Shown: positions 1-9,093 of the stretch, in pieces
How the letters are laid out: each line of letters starts with the position of its first letter
Position numbering within the stretch: the first letter of the stretch is position 1
Assembly: GCA_009928785.1 (NCBI GenBank)
Contig: SABY01000002.1
Coordinates: 10,147 to 74,146 of the forward strand
Source of the DNA: Clostridia bacterium
Lineage (GTDB): Bacteria > Bacteroidota > Bacteroidia > Bacteroidales > 4484-276
Length of the DNA: 64,000 nucleotides
Direction: 5' to 3'
Notes under the pieces: generated by a model
What the model was told of the DNA's origin: nothing
Databases searched by the model: none
The model's input: only the letters and a program-made list of their open reading frames with translations
Program-made: the position numbers and the translations under genes

Positions 1-1
1 T

Positions 2-418
2 TTGGTAGAGAAAGCCTCTAATACGCATCTTGATTTTGAAAACGAAATTCGTAAAAAAACGGCTCCCTTCACCGATTATGAAATCGTGTTTACCTCGGTC
101 ATCAAGAAGCAGCGCATCTTCAAAGCACTGGAAGCCGCCAACGAGGCGTATCAAAACAGCCGCCGACGCATAGCCACTTCCAAGCTCAACGACCTCCTGC
201 TTCCCATTATCGAAACCTCGCCGCCTCCTGCTATTAAAGGTAAGTATGTGAAGATAAAATACATCACACAATTGCCAACTAAATTTCCTGCGTTTGCTTT
301 TTATTGCAACTCGCCGCAGTACATTAAGGAGCCTTATACGCGGTTTATGGAAAATACGATTCGCAAGCACTTCGACTTCAAAGGCATCCCGGTGCAAATT
401 TATTTTAGAAATAAATAA
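2..418 (+). CDS. der: GTPase Der/EngA, C-terminal KH-like domain (5' end outside window)
   Basis: ORF is open at the window start. The C-terminal sequence KGKYVKIKYITQLPTKFPAFAFYCNSPQYIKEPYTRFMENTIRKHFDFKGIPVQIYFR matches my memory of the conserved Der C-terminus. Confidence 0.8.
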   Translation: MVEKASNTHLDFENEIRKKTAPFTDYEIVFTSVIKKQRIFKALEAANEAYQNSRRRIATSKLNDLLLPIIETSPPPAIKGKYVKIKYITQLPTKFPAFAFYCNSPQYIKEPYTRFMENTIRKHFDFKGIPVQIYFRNK

Positions 419-433
419 ACCGTCGTCAGTGGT

Positions 434-817
434 ATGTCCGAAGGGGTGAGAATAGATAAATGGCTGTGGGCTGTGCGGGTTTTCAAAACAAGAAGTATGG
501 CCTCAGAGGCTTGTCGCACTGGTAAAGTGACCATTGCCGGTCAACCGGTAAAACCTTCGCGCGACACCAAATTAGGCGACGAAGTGGCAATAAAAATAAG
601 CCCGCAACTAACGCGTACGCTACGCGTGAAGGAACTTTTGCAAAACAGGGTTGCTGCGCGTTTGGTTCCCGAATTTGCCGACGACCTCACTCCTCCCGAA
701 GCATACGAGCATCTCAAAATGATCAGTCAGCTCAACTACGAGCGCCGTGACCGGGGAGCCGGAAGACCTACCAAAAAGGAACGCCGCGACATCGACAGGC
801 TCAAAGAAGAAGAATAA
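434..817 (+). CDS. S4-domain RNA-binding protein, Hsp15/HslR-like
   Basis: N-terminus VRIDKWLWAVRVFKTRSMASEACRTGKVTIAGQPVKPS is a typical S4 (Hsp15-like) motif. The C-terminal tail is basic. Confidence 0.75.
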   Translation: MSEGVRIDKWLWAVRVFKTRSMASEACRTGKVTIAGQPVKPSRDTKLGDEVAIKISPQLTRTLRVKELLQNRVAARLVPEFADDLTPPEAYEHLKMISQLNYERRDRGAGRPTKKERRDIDRLKEEE

Positions 818-1040
818 AGAAAATCCGCAAATGACTATTAAACAAATCACAAATTGAAATAAAGCAAATCACAAATGAATTCCAGTAGCCAATTTTTAAA
901 ATTTCAAGTGGCGCGTCAGTGATTAACATTGCTTATCCGGAGTTTGTATTAATTGATATTTGTAATTTATTTGCTTTTTGAAATTTGCTTTTTGATGTTT
1001 TTTAGTGAACACTGACGCTCATCTACAGGACTTTAGAACT

Positions 1041-2231
1041 ATGCTTACGCAACGACAGCTTTTTTTTGAACATGTGGCGCTACCCTCGCTCTTTCCGATG
1101 GGACTTGAGATAGTTTCGGCGGAAGGCATCTATATGACCAACTCCGATGGAAAACGCTACACCGATCTGGTTTCGGGCGTATGCGTTACCAATCTGGGGC
1201 ATCGCCACCCGGCTATAGTGCAGGCGGTAAAAGAGCAGGTGGACAAATACATGCACCTGATGGTGTATGGCGAGTTTATCCAGTCGCCACAGGTAAAGCT
1301 GGCACATTTGCTTACGCAGATGTTGCCACCGTCGCTCAACTCGGTTTATTTTGTCAATTCGGGCAGCGAAGCGGTGGAGGGCGCGCTAAAGCTTGCCAAA
1401 CGCACCACTGGGCGCTCCCGCCTGGTCGGCTTCCTGGATAGCTATCACGGCGGAACCCACGGCGCTTATAGCATGTTGGGCAACGAACAACTCAAAAACG
1501 CCTATCGCCCGCTGCTGCCCGATATCGAATTTCTTCGTTTTAATAATCACGACGACCTAAAAAGGATAGACCCAAAAACAGCTTGTGTGCTGGCAGAGCC
1601 TGTGCAAGCCGAAGCCGGCATCATCGTGCCCGATCAGGAATATATGGTGGCTTTGCGCCAACGCTGCAACGAAACCGGCACACTGCTGATTTTTGACGAA
1701 ATACAAACGGGCTTTGGCCGCACCGGAAAACTATTTTGTTTCGAACATTACGGCATCGTGCCGGATATCATGTGCCTGGCCAAGGGCATGGGCGGCGGCA
1801 TGCCCATCGGCGCCTTTGTAGCCGACAAAAAGTTGATGCGCGCATTTACCAACAATCCTGATTTTGGTCACATCACCACTTTTGGCGGACATCCTGTGAG
1901 TGCCGCGGCCGCTCTGGCCAACCTGCAAGTGCTTACCGAAAACCCTGAACTGATAGCCGAAGCGGACGAAAAAGGAGCGCTGTTTGAGAGAGTGCTAACT
2001 GCACATCCGGCTGTTATAAAAGTTCGCCGCAAAGGCCTGCTGATGAGCATTGAACTGAAATCGACAGAAACGAATGCCCAAGCCATGAAACTCCTTCTCG
2101 AAGAAGGCCTCATTACCGACCCTTTCTTTTTTATGCCGCAGGCCTTTCGCATAGCACCGCCGCTCATCATCACCCGACAACAGATCGGCGAGAGTATCGA
2201 TAAGATTCTGCAAGTGCTCGACAAATTGTAG
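1041..2231 (+). CDS. class III PLP-dependent aminotransferase (acetylornithine/aspartate aminotransferase family)
   Basis: Motifs FVNSGSEAVEGALKLAKR, FDEIQTGFGRTGK and LAKGMGGGMPIGA. I prefer the ATG at 1041 (MLTQRQLFFEH) over the GTG at 1005 listed in the ORF track. Confidence 0.85.
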   Translation: MLTQRQLFFEHVALPSLFPMGLEIVSAEGIYMTNSDGKRYTDLVSGVCVTNLGHRHPAIVQAVKEQVDKYMHLMVYGEFIQSPQVKLAHLLTQMLPPSLNSVYFVNSGSEAVEGALKLAKRTTGRSRLVGFLDSYHGGTHGAYSMLGNEQLKNAYRPLLPDIEFLRFNNHDDLKRIDPKTACVLAEPVQAEAGIIVPDQEYMVALRQRCNETGTLLIFDEIQTGFGRTGKLFCFEHYGIVPDIMCLAKGMGGGMPIGAFVADKKLMRAFTNNPDFGHITTFGGHPVSAAAALANLQVLTENPELIAEADEKGALFERVLTAHPAVIKVRRKGLLMSIELKSTETNAQAMKLLLEEGLITDPFFFMPQAFRIAPPLIITRQQIGESIDKILQVLDKL

Positions 2232-2308
2232 TGGAATACGCGGCAGAATTTGAGGCTTTATGGCGAACATTTGCAGAACGAACAAAATTGGGCGATTGTG
2301 AAATTCAT

Positions 2309-2567
2309 GGCTCTGATATAAAATTTTGTGGCCATCTGATCACTAACCCCGGCCTTTAGGCCGGAGCCAATAATAGGCAAAAACATTTCAGTAAGCTCTA
2401 TTCCAAATAAATAGAAATGCTATGATGGGTTCATGGAAAGAAATTGATATAAAAATATTGCGGGCTAAAGCCCGCAGGTTTCTGACCGGGCTATCTGACT
2501 CCGCCCTGAAGGGCGGGATTATTGACATGTTGCAGATGAGCTACACACAATAGGTAATATCTGAGCT
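2309..2567 (+). mobile_element. MITE-like / structured repeat element, copy 1
   Basis: About 259 bp and highly similar to 16274-16528. Ends GGCTCTGATAT ... ATATCTGAGCT form an inverted repeat (9 of 11). It is flanked by identical AAATTCAT at 2301-2308 and 2568-2575. Internal GC hairpins: CCGGCC-TTTA-GGCCGG, GCGGGC-TAAA-GCCCGC, CCGCCC-TGAA-GGGCGG. Confidence 0.6.
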
Positions 2568-2654
2568 AAATTCATTGCTGTTGAGTAAAAACCGAAATCT
2601 TATCGACAGCACTAAAACAGTATTTTTGCACCGGAATATTCAAAAATTGAAATT

Positions 2655-3077
2655 ATGAACTGGTTGTTGCCGGCAATACTTACGGCCATATTTTATGGCA
2701 CTTACAACGTCTTTATCAAACTCGCCTCCGGACACATTCATCAGATCGCCGGGGCGCTGATTCTGCAAATCGTAGCAGCGCTGCTGGGAGCCGGCGTGTT
2801 GTTATTTTTAAAAGTAAAAGAAGTTCCGCTCGAAATTTCTTCCCGTGGCGTGTGGTATGCGGTATTGGCGGGAGTATTCGTTGGTCTGGCCGAGATATTT
2901 TCGTTTGTGGTTTTCGCTAAAGGCGTCGATGCCTCTACCGGTATTCCTATCATCATAGGAGGATCGGTGGTGGTAGGAGCTGTGATAGGATTTCTGTTTC
3001 TCAAAGAGTCGCTGCCTCCCACGCAATTGGTCGGACTACTTTTGATAGTGGCAGGCGTGGTTTTGGTATCACGATGA
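2655..3077 (+). CDS. small EamA/DMT-superfamily membrane protein
   Basis: 140 aa, entirely hydrophobic helices, with glycine-rich helix ends (IIIGGSVVVGAVIGFLFLKE) typical of a single EamA domain. Confidence 0.55.
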   Translation: MNWLLPAILTAIFYGTYNVFIKLASGHIHQIAGALILQIVAALLGAGVLLFLKVKEVPLEISSRGVWYAVLAGVFVGLAEIFSFVVFAKGVDASTGIPIIIGGSVVVGAVIGFLFLKESLPPTQLVGLLLIVAGVVLVSR

Positions 3078-3130
3078 AAACAGGTGTAGCTCATCCTAAA
3101 CCAATAGCGCTTCTTGTTGTTACATACAAG

Positions 3131-3321
3131 TATTTCTAAATTCCAATTTCCAAATTCCAATTTCTAACTTCTAAATTCTAATCTCTAACTTCTAACTTCT
3201 AATCTCTAACTTCTAATTTCTAATCTCTAACTTCTAATCTCTAACTTCTAAATTCTAAATTCTAATCTCTAACATCTAACTTCTAACTTCTAACTTCTAA
3301 CCTCTATCCTCTTATTAATAT
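3131..3321. repeat. G-free tract containing about 20 tandem heptamers (TCTAANN), abutting the RND operon start codon
   Basis: No G on the + strand from 3131 to 3321. TCTAA recurs every 7 nt from 3163 to about 3306, preceded by TTCCAA(A)T variants. Confidence 0.9.
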
Positions 3322-4456
3322 GTTAACAAATCGACAATCAGGAATCATTTTTATGATATTCATAGCGCTGCTGCTGGTCACTGCGTGCCACCAGGCCGGC
3401 AACCAAGGCCAGCAGCGTGGTGGCAACAACCAACCCCAACCCTACCCAGTAATAGAAATCCCACGCATGACGCTTACCACCTTCCGCTCGTACCCGGCCA
3501 ACATCGAGGGCATTAGCACCAGCGAAGTACGCGCCAAGGTGCCCGGATATATCACCAATGTTTTGGTGGAAGAAGGCCAGCAAGTGCGCAAAGGACAAGT
3601 ACTTTTTGAGTTGGAAACGCAGTCGCTGTCGGCGGAAGCTGATGCGCTGAAAGCCAATGTGGACGCCGCCCAGCTCGAAGTGGACAAGCTAAAGCCGCTG
3701 GTTGAGCAGGACATCGTAAGCCCTGTGCAATTGCGCACCGCCCAGGCACGGCTGGCACAGGCTGAGAGCAGCTACCAGAGTGCCATAGCCAGCATCGGCT
3801 ACGCCCGCATCAAAAGTCCGGTTGACGGCGTGGTGGGAACTATCCATTACCGCAAAGGTTCGCTGGTAAACGCACAAGACCGGATGCCACTCACACGCGT
3901 ATCGGCCATAGGAAAAGTTTTTGCGCGCTTTGCCATGAATGAAAAGGATTTTCTCACATTTATGAATTCCGCCGACGGCAGCACACTCGATGAAAAAATT
4001 AATAATAAACCAAAAGTGAAGCTGCTGCTTGCCAATGGCATGACGTACAATCATGAAGGCGTCATCGAAACCGTGTCTGGCGACATCGACCCACTTACCG
4101 GTACCGTGTCGTTCCGCGCCACTTTCGACAATCCCGAAGGTTTGCTGCGCGACGGAAGCAGTGGCACCGTGCTGGTTCCGGAATACTTTAAAAATGCCCC
4201 CGTGGTGCCAGCCTTATCTACTTTTGAACAACAAAATAAAACGCTTGTGTATGTTGTAAAAGGCGACACATTGGTGGCGGCTGCTATCGACGTCCTGGCT
4301 GAAGTTGATAAACTCTACGTGATCGGCCAAGGCACAGTGGGCGCCGGTACTATCATCCTGGCCAAAGGCGCCAACAAGCTGCGTCCCGGCACCCGCATCA
4401 TACCGCAGCAGGTGCCCATCGACAGCATCACCCAATCTTTTACAACCGTTTTTTAA
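3320..4456 (+). CDS. RND efflux periplasmic adaptor (membrane fusion protein), lipoprotein
   Basis: Lipobox-like LLLVTAC. Coiled-coil hairpin and beta-barrel regions typical of the HlyD/AcrA family. Lies immediately upstream of the RND pump. Confidence 0.85.
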   Translation: MLTNRQSGIIFMIFIALLLVTACHQAGNQGQQRGGNNQPQPYPVIEIPRMTLTTFRSYPANIEGISTSEVRAKVPGYITNVLVEEGQQVRKGQVLFELETQSLSAEADALKANVDAAQLEVDKLKPLVEQDIVSPVQLRTAQARLAQAESSYQSAIASIGYARIKSPVDGVVGTIHYRKGSLVNAQDRMPLTRVSAIGKVFARFAMNEKDFLTFMNSADGSTLDEKINNKPKVKLLLANGMTYNHEGVIETVSGDIDPLTGTVSFRATFDNPEGLLRDGSSGTVLVPEYFKNAPVVPALSTFEQQNKTLVYVVKGDTLVAAAIDVLAEVDKLYVIGQGTVGAGTIILAKGANKLRPGTRIIPQQVPIDSITQSFTTVF

Positions 4457-4465
4457 AACAAGTCT

Positions 4466-7400
4466 ATGTTAAAATTTTTTATCGACAGGCCGGTTTTCTC
4501 CACCGTCATCAGTATCCTGCTGGTAATTTTGGGATTGTTAGGACTGGAGCGTTTGCCTGTAACACAATATCCCGACATTGCTCCGCCTACGGTGCAGGTG
4601 TCGGCAGGTTATCCGGGCGCCAACGCCGAAACCATCCTTGAAAGTGTTATCATCCCCCTCGAAGAAGAGATCAATGGCGTGGAAGGCATGACCTACATCA
4701 CCTCCAGTGCCAGCAACAACGGGCGCGCCAGCATTCAGGTTTTTTTCGAGCAGGGCTACGATGCCGATATAGCTTCCGTTAATGTGCAAAATCGCGTTTC
4801 GGCGGCCAACTCGGTGCTGCCTGCCGAAGTAATTCGTTCCGGAATCACCGTTTCGAAAAGATTAAACTCCGCGTTGCTTTACGCTGCACTATATTCGTCC
4901 AACCCTGACTACGACGACACGTTTATTCAGAATTATCTTAACATCCATGTCAAACCGGAGCTTCAACGTATCAAAGGCGTTGGCGAAGTAGGCGTTTTTG
5001 GCGGGAAAGATTACGCCATGCGGGTGTGGCTCGACCCGACAAAAATGGCCAACTACGGTTTGATTCCCGCCGACGTGATCAATGCCATCGGCGAGCAAAG
5101 CCTCGAAGCTGCTGCCGGCGCGCTGGGACAAAATGCCGGCGAATCGTTTGAGTATGTCATCAAATACAAAGGGCGTTACAAAACTGCCGAAGAATATCAG
5201 GACATCATCATCCGCGCACTGGGCGATGGACGATATTTGCGTGTAAAAGATGTGGCTACCGTGGAGCTTGATGCTTTTAGCTACAGCACCCTGTCGCAGG
5301 CACTTGGCAATCCATCCATCAGCTTTGGAATTTACCAGACGCCCGGCTCCAACGCACAGGAAATCATTGAGGAAATCCACGAAACGCTACAGGAGCTGCG
5401 CAAAGATTTCCCGGAAGGAATCGACTATGTGGTGAATTACGATACCAATCGTTTTTTGACGGCTTCCATCGGCAAAGTACGCACCACGCTCATCGAAGCT
5501 TTTTTGCTGGTGTTTCTGGTGGTGTTCGTGTTCCTTCAGGATTTCCGTTCTACGCTTATCCCGGCCATAGCCGTTCCGGTGTCGATTATCGGTACCTTCT
5601 TTTTCCTGGGGCTTTTTGGCTATTCCATCAATCTGCTCACACTTTTTGCGCTGGTGCTGGCCATCGGTATTGTGGTGGACGATGCCATTGTGGTGGTGGA
5701 GGCGGTACATGCCAAGCTCGAAGGCGGCGCCACCAGTGCACGCGATGCCAGCGTGAGCGCCATGAACGAGATTTCCGGCGCCATTGTATCCATCACATTG
5801 GTAATGGCCGCCGTTTTTATCCCCATCACTTTCATAAAGGGACCGACGGGAGTTTTTTATGAGCAATTTGGCGTTACGCTTATCATAGCTATCCTCATCT
5901 CCGCCGTAAATGCACTTACACTTAGCCCGGCGCTTAGCGCAATATTTTTGAAACCTCAGCATGAATCCCGGCAAAAGAAAAAATTCCTGCGGCGGTTTTA
6001 TGAATTGTTTAATGCAGGTTTTAATGCAGGAAAAGCAAAATATGGACGCACGCTGGGATTTATAACGCGCCACAAATGGATTGTTCCTGCAGTGCTTATC
6101 ATCGCGGCTGCTTCGATAGTATTTCTCGACAGCAGCCTGCCCAAGGGATTTGTACCAACAGAGGATCGGGGTGTTATTTTTATGAACGGAGAACTGCCGC
6201 TGGCGGCATCGCTCGATCGTTCTTATGAAGTAACGCAGCAGCTTTACGAACGCATCAAAGATATCGAAGGCATCAATTCGGCCACACTCATTGCCGGACG
6301 AAATTTCTTTTCGGGTGCCGGCAGCTCCTACATCATGGGATTTATAAATCTAAAAAACTGGGACGAACGCGAAACCGAGGAAAGCTCTGTGGAAGGCATT
6401 CAGGGGCAATTGTTCCGTGCTGCTGCCTCGCTGAGCGACGCCAAAATCATCTTTTTTACGCCCTCAAGCATTCCCGGCTTTGGCAGTGTGGATGGTTTTG
6501 AGATGCAACTCCTCGACCGCACCTCCGGCGATTTGAAAGACCTCGATGAAACGGCTGGCGCTTTTACCAGAGAATTGATGCAGCAACCCGAAATCGGCTT
6601 TGCCTCCGATCCATTCAGCACCGACTATCCGCAACTACAAATGGAGATAGACGTGGCGCGCGCCAAGGAATCAGGCGTATCGGTGAACGACATCCTACGC
6701 ACCCTGCAAGGTTATGTGGGTGGATATTACACTACAAACTTCAGCCGCTTTGGCAAGCAATTCCGTGTGCAGGTGCAGGCGCTCCCCGAGGACAGGGTGA
6801 ATACCGAAAGTCTCAACAGCATGTTTGTAAAAACCCGCGACGGCAGCATGACGCCGGTGTCGGCATTTGTGACGCTGCAACGCATTTATGGCCCACAAAC
6901 TGTTACCCGCTTCAACCTTTTTAATTCGGTAGCTATTAATGGCACTTCCGCTCCGGGCTACAGCTCCGGCGACGCCATCGATGCCATCCGGCGTGTGGCT
7001 GAACGCTCACTTCCCAACGAATATCAAATAGCTTTCTCCGGTCTTACCCGCGAAGAAATCGCTGCCGGCGGACAGGCCATCCTTATCTTTTTCCTGAGCA
7101 TCTTGTTTGTATATTTCCTTTTGGCGGCGCAATACGAAAGTTACATTCTGCCGTTGGCGGTAATTCTTTCGCTGCCCATAGGGGTGGCCGGAGCTTACGC
7201 CAGCACCTGGATTGCCGGGTTGGAAAACAATATTTATTTTCAAATTGGATTAATAATGCTGGTGGGCTTGTTAGCCAAAAACGCAATCCTCATCGTGGAA
7301 TTTGCGCTGCAGCGACGCCGCCAGGGCATGAGTATCGTCAAGGCAGCCATCGACGGCGCTACGGTGCGTCTGCGCCCCATTTTGATGACTTCGTTTGCTT

Positions 7401-7606
7401 TTATTTTTGGGATGTTGCCGCTGGTATTGGCCGGTGGCGTGGGCGCCCAGGGCAACCGTTCGATAGGCACGGGTGCTGCCGGTGGTTTGTTGGTAGGAAC
7501 CGTTATCGGAATATTGGTGATTCCAACGCTTTTTGTCGCCTTCCAGTGGCTACACGAAAAGCTGGCAAAGAAACCTATGATACAATCTGTAAAAACTGCT
7601 GACTGA
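4466..7606 (+). CDS. RND multidrug efflux permease (AcrB/HAE1 family)
   Basis: 1046 aa with the 12-TM RND layout. N-terminus MLKFFIDRPVFSTVISILLVILG and the motif AIGIVVDDAIVVVE. Confidence 0.95.
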   Translation: MLKFFIDRPVFSTVISILLVILGLLGLERLPVTQYPDIAPPTVQVSAGYPGANAETILESVIIPLEEEINGVEGMTYITSSASNNGRASIQVFFEQGYDADIASVNVQNRVSAANSVLPAEVIRSGITVSKRLNSALLYAALYSSNPDYDDTFIQNYLNIHVKPELQRIKGVGEVGVFGGKDYAMRVWLDPTKMANYGLIPADVINAIGEQSLEAAAGALGQNAGESFEYVIKYKGRYKTAEEYQDIIIRALGDGRYLRVKDVATVELDAFSYSTLSQALGNPSISFGIYQTPGSNAQEIIEEIHETLQELRKDFPEGIDYVVNYDTNRFLTASIGKVRTTLIEAFLLVFLVVFVFLQDFRSTLIPAIAVPVSIIGTFFFLGLFGYSINLLTLFALVLAIGIVVDDAIVVVEAVHAKLEGGATSARDASVSAMNEISGAIVSITLVMAAVFIPITFIKGPTGVFYEQFGVTLIIAILISAVNALTLSPALSAIFLKPQHESRQKKKFLRRFYELFNAGFNAGKAKYGRTLGFITRHKWIVPAVLIIAAASIVFLDSSLPKGFVPTEDRGVIFMNGELPLAASLDRSYEVTQQLYERIKDIEGINSATLIAGRNFFSGAGSSYIMGFINLKNWDERETEESSVEGIQGQLFRAAASLSDAKIIFFTPSSIPGFGSVDGFEMQLLDRTSGDLKDLDETAGAFTRELMQQPEIGFASDPFSTDYPQLQMEIDVARAKESGVSVNDILRTLQGYVGGYYTTNFSRFGKQFRVQVQALPEDRVNTESLNSMFVKTRDGSMTPVSAFVTLQRIYGPQTVTRFNLFNSVAINGTSAPGYSSGDAIDAIRRVAERSLPNEYQIAFSGLTREEIAAGGQAILIFFLSILFVYFLLAAQYESYILPLAVILSLPIGVAGAYASTWIAGLENNIYFQIGLIMLVGLLAKNAILIVEFALQRRRQGMSIVKAAIDGATVRLRPILMTSFAFIFGMLPLVLAGGVGAQGNRSIGTGAAGGLLVGTVIGILVIPTLFVAFQWLHEKLAKKPMIQSVKTAD

Positions 7607-8994
7607 TGAAACGACAGATAACTTTTGGAATAGCAATTTTGGGGTTAATAACGCAGCAGGCCTGTTTTGTGGCGCGCGATTACACACGTCCCGAAATGTT
7701 CGACGAAATGGGTTTCCGCGCCGATACTGCTAACATGGACACGCTTACCATGGCCGCCATAGCGTGGCGCGACTTTTTCAACGACCCCATTTTACAATCT
7801 TACATCGAAGAGGGTTTACAAAACAACCTGGACATACGCACAGCGCTTGCGCAAATAGCTGCTGCCGAAGCCTGGCTGCGACAGGGAAAGGCCGGCAGTC
7901 TGCCCACCCTCAATGCCAATGCTACGGCGTCGCATTTCGAATTTTCAGAAAACGGACAATCACGCGGTGCCGGGTCTGTAAATGTTTTTGAGCTTGGCGC
8001 GGGACTTTCGTGGGAAGCCGACATCTGGGGGAAGATTCGCAGCACGCGCCGGGCTTACCAGGCGCGCTACCTCCAAAGCCAGGCCGCTCACCAGGCCGTA
8101 AAAACCCGACTTATCGCCGGTATCGCCACACTGTATTACGATCTGCTGGCCATCGACGAACAGATGGACATCACCCGGGCCACCATCGAAAACCGCAAAA
8201 GAAGCCTGGCGACAGCCATCGCACTTAAAAATGCCGGACTGGGAACTGAAGCAGACGTAAAGCAAACCGAAGCTCAGCTTTATACCGCACAAGCCATACT
8301 TATCGATTTGCAAAAGCAAGCGCGCCTTTACGAAAGTGCATTGTCAATACTGCTGGGGAGTTCTCCCCGCCCGCTGGCTCGCAGTACTTTCGACGAGCAA
8401 ATTGTAGATACCGTTTTGCTCACCGGTGTGCCGCTGCAACTGCTGGCCAACCGCCCCGACATCTTGGCTGCGGAATACAATCTCATCAATGCTTTTGAAC
8501 TTACCAATGTAGCACGCAGCAACTTCTACCCGTCGCTTACCTTATCGGCAGCGGGAGGATTAGAAAGTCTGGAGCTGCAAAATCTTTTCAGCCTCAACTC
8601 ACTGTTTGCTTCTGTGGTCGGCGGCCTAACGCAGCCCATCCTCAACGGACGGCGCATACGCACCCAATACGAGGTGGCGCAGGCCGAGCAGGAACAGGCG
8701 CGGCTCTATTATCTCAAAACATTCCTCACCGCTACCGCCGAAGTGTCGGATGCGCTTTATTCATTTGACGCTACAACACGCAAAATAGAAGTAAGACAAA
8801 AGGAATACAAGGCATATAATGATGCTGTGCAATACTCGGAAGCACTCGTCAACAATGGCCTGACCAACTATCTGCAGGTGCTCATCGCGCGCGAACGTTC
8901 GCTGGCGAGCAGCCTCACGCTGGCCGAGAACAAAGCCACCCGCCTGAAATATCTGGTGCAGCTTTACGAAGCCTTGGGCGGAGGATGGAAATAG
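7606..8994 (+). CDS. efflux outer membrane factor (TolC/NodT family lipoprotein)
   Basis: The start overlaps the pump stop (ATGA). Signal with QQAC lipobox. Two OEP repeats, ending LYEALGGGWK. Confidence 0.9.
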   Translation: MKRQITFGIAILGLITQQACFVARDYTRPEMFDEMGFRADTANMDTLTMAAIAWRDFFNDPILQSYIEEGLQNNLDIRTALAQIAAAEAWLRQGKAGSLPTLNANATASHFEFSENGQSRGAGSVNVFELGAGLSWEADIWGKIRSTRRAYQARYLQSQAAHQAVKTRLIAGIATLYYDLLAIDEQMDITRATIENRKRSLATAIALKNAGLGTEADVKQTEAQLYTAQAILIDLQKQARLYESALSILLGSSPRPLARSTFDEQIVDTVLLTGVPLQLLANRPDILAAEYNLINAFELTNVARSNFYPSLTLSAAGGLESLELQNLFSLNSLFASVVGGLTQPILNGRRIRTQYEVAQAEQEQARLYYLKTFLTATAEVSDALYSFDATTRKIEVRQKEYKAYNDAVQYSEALVNNGLTNYLQVLIARERSLASSLTLAENKATRLKYLVQLYEALGGGWK

Positions 8995-9093
8995 TGCCAA
9001 TAAATTCCAAACGACAATAATTCAAATCTCAAAGGTGGCGGCAATGAATTCCAACCGCACCAAATGCCAGTTATCTTCTTTGCTGTGATCCGG

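Noticed and set aside
5387-6073. 228-aa minus-strand ORF inside the RND pump gene
   Set aside because: It is antisense shadow ORF within a 1046-aa AcrB-family gene, and its translation is low-complexity and basic.
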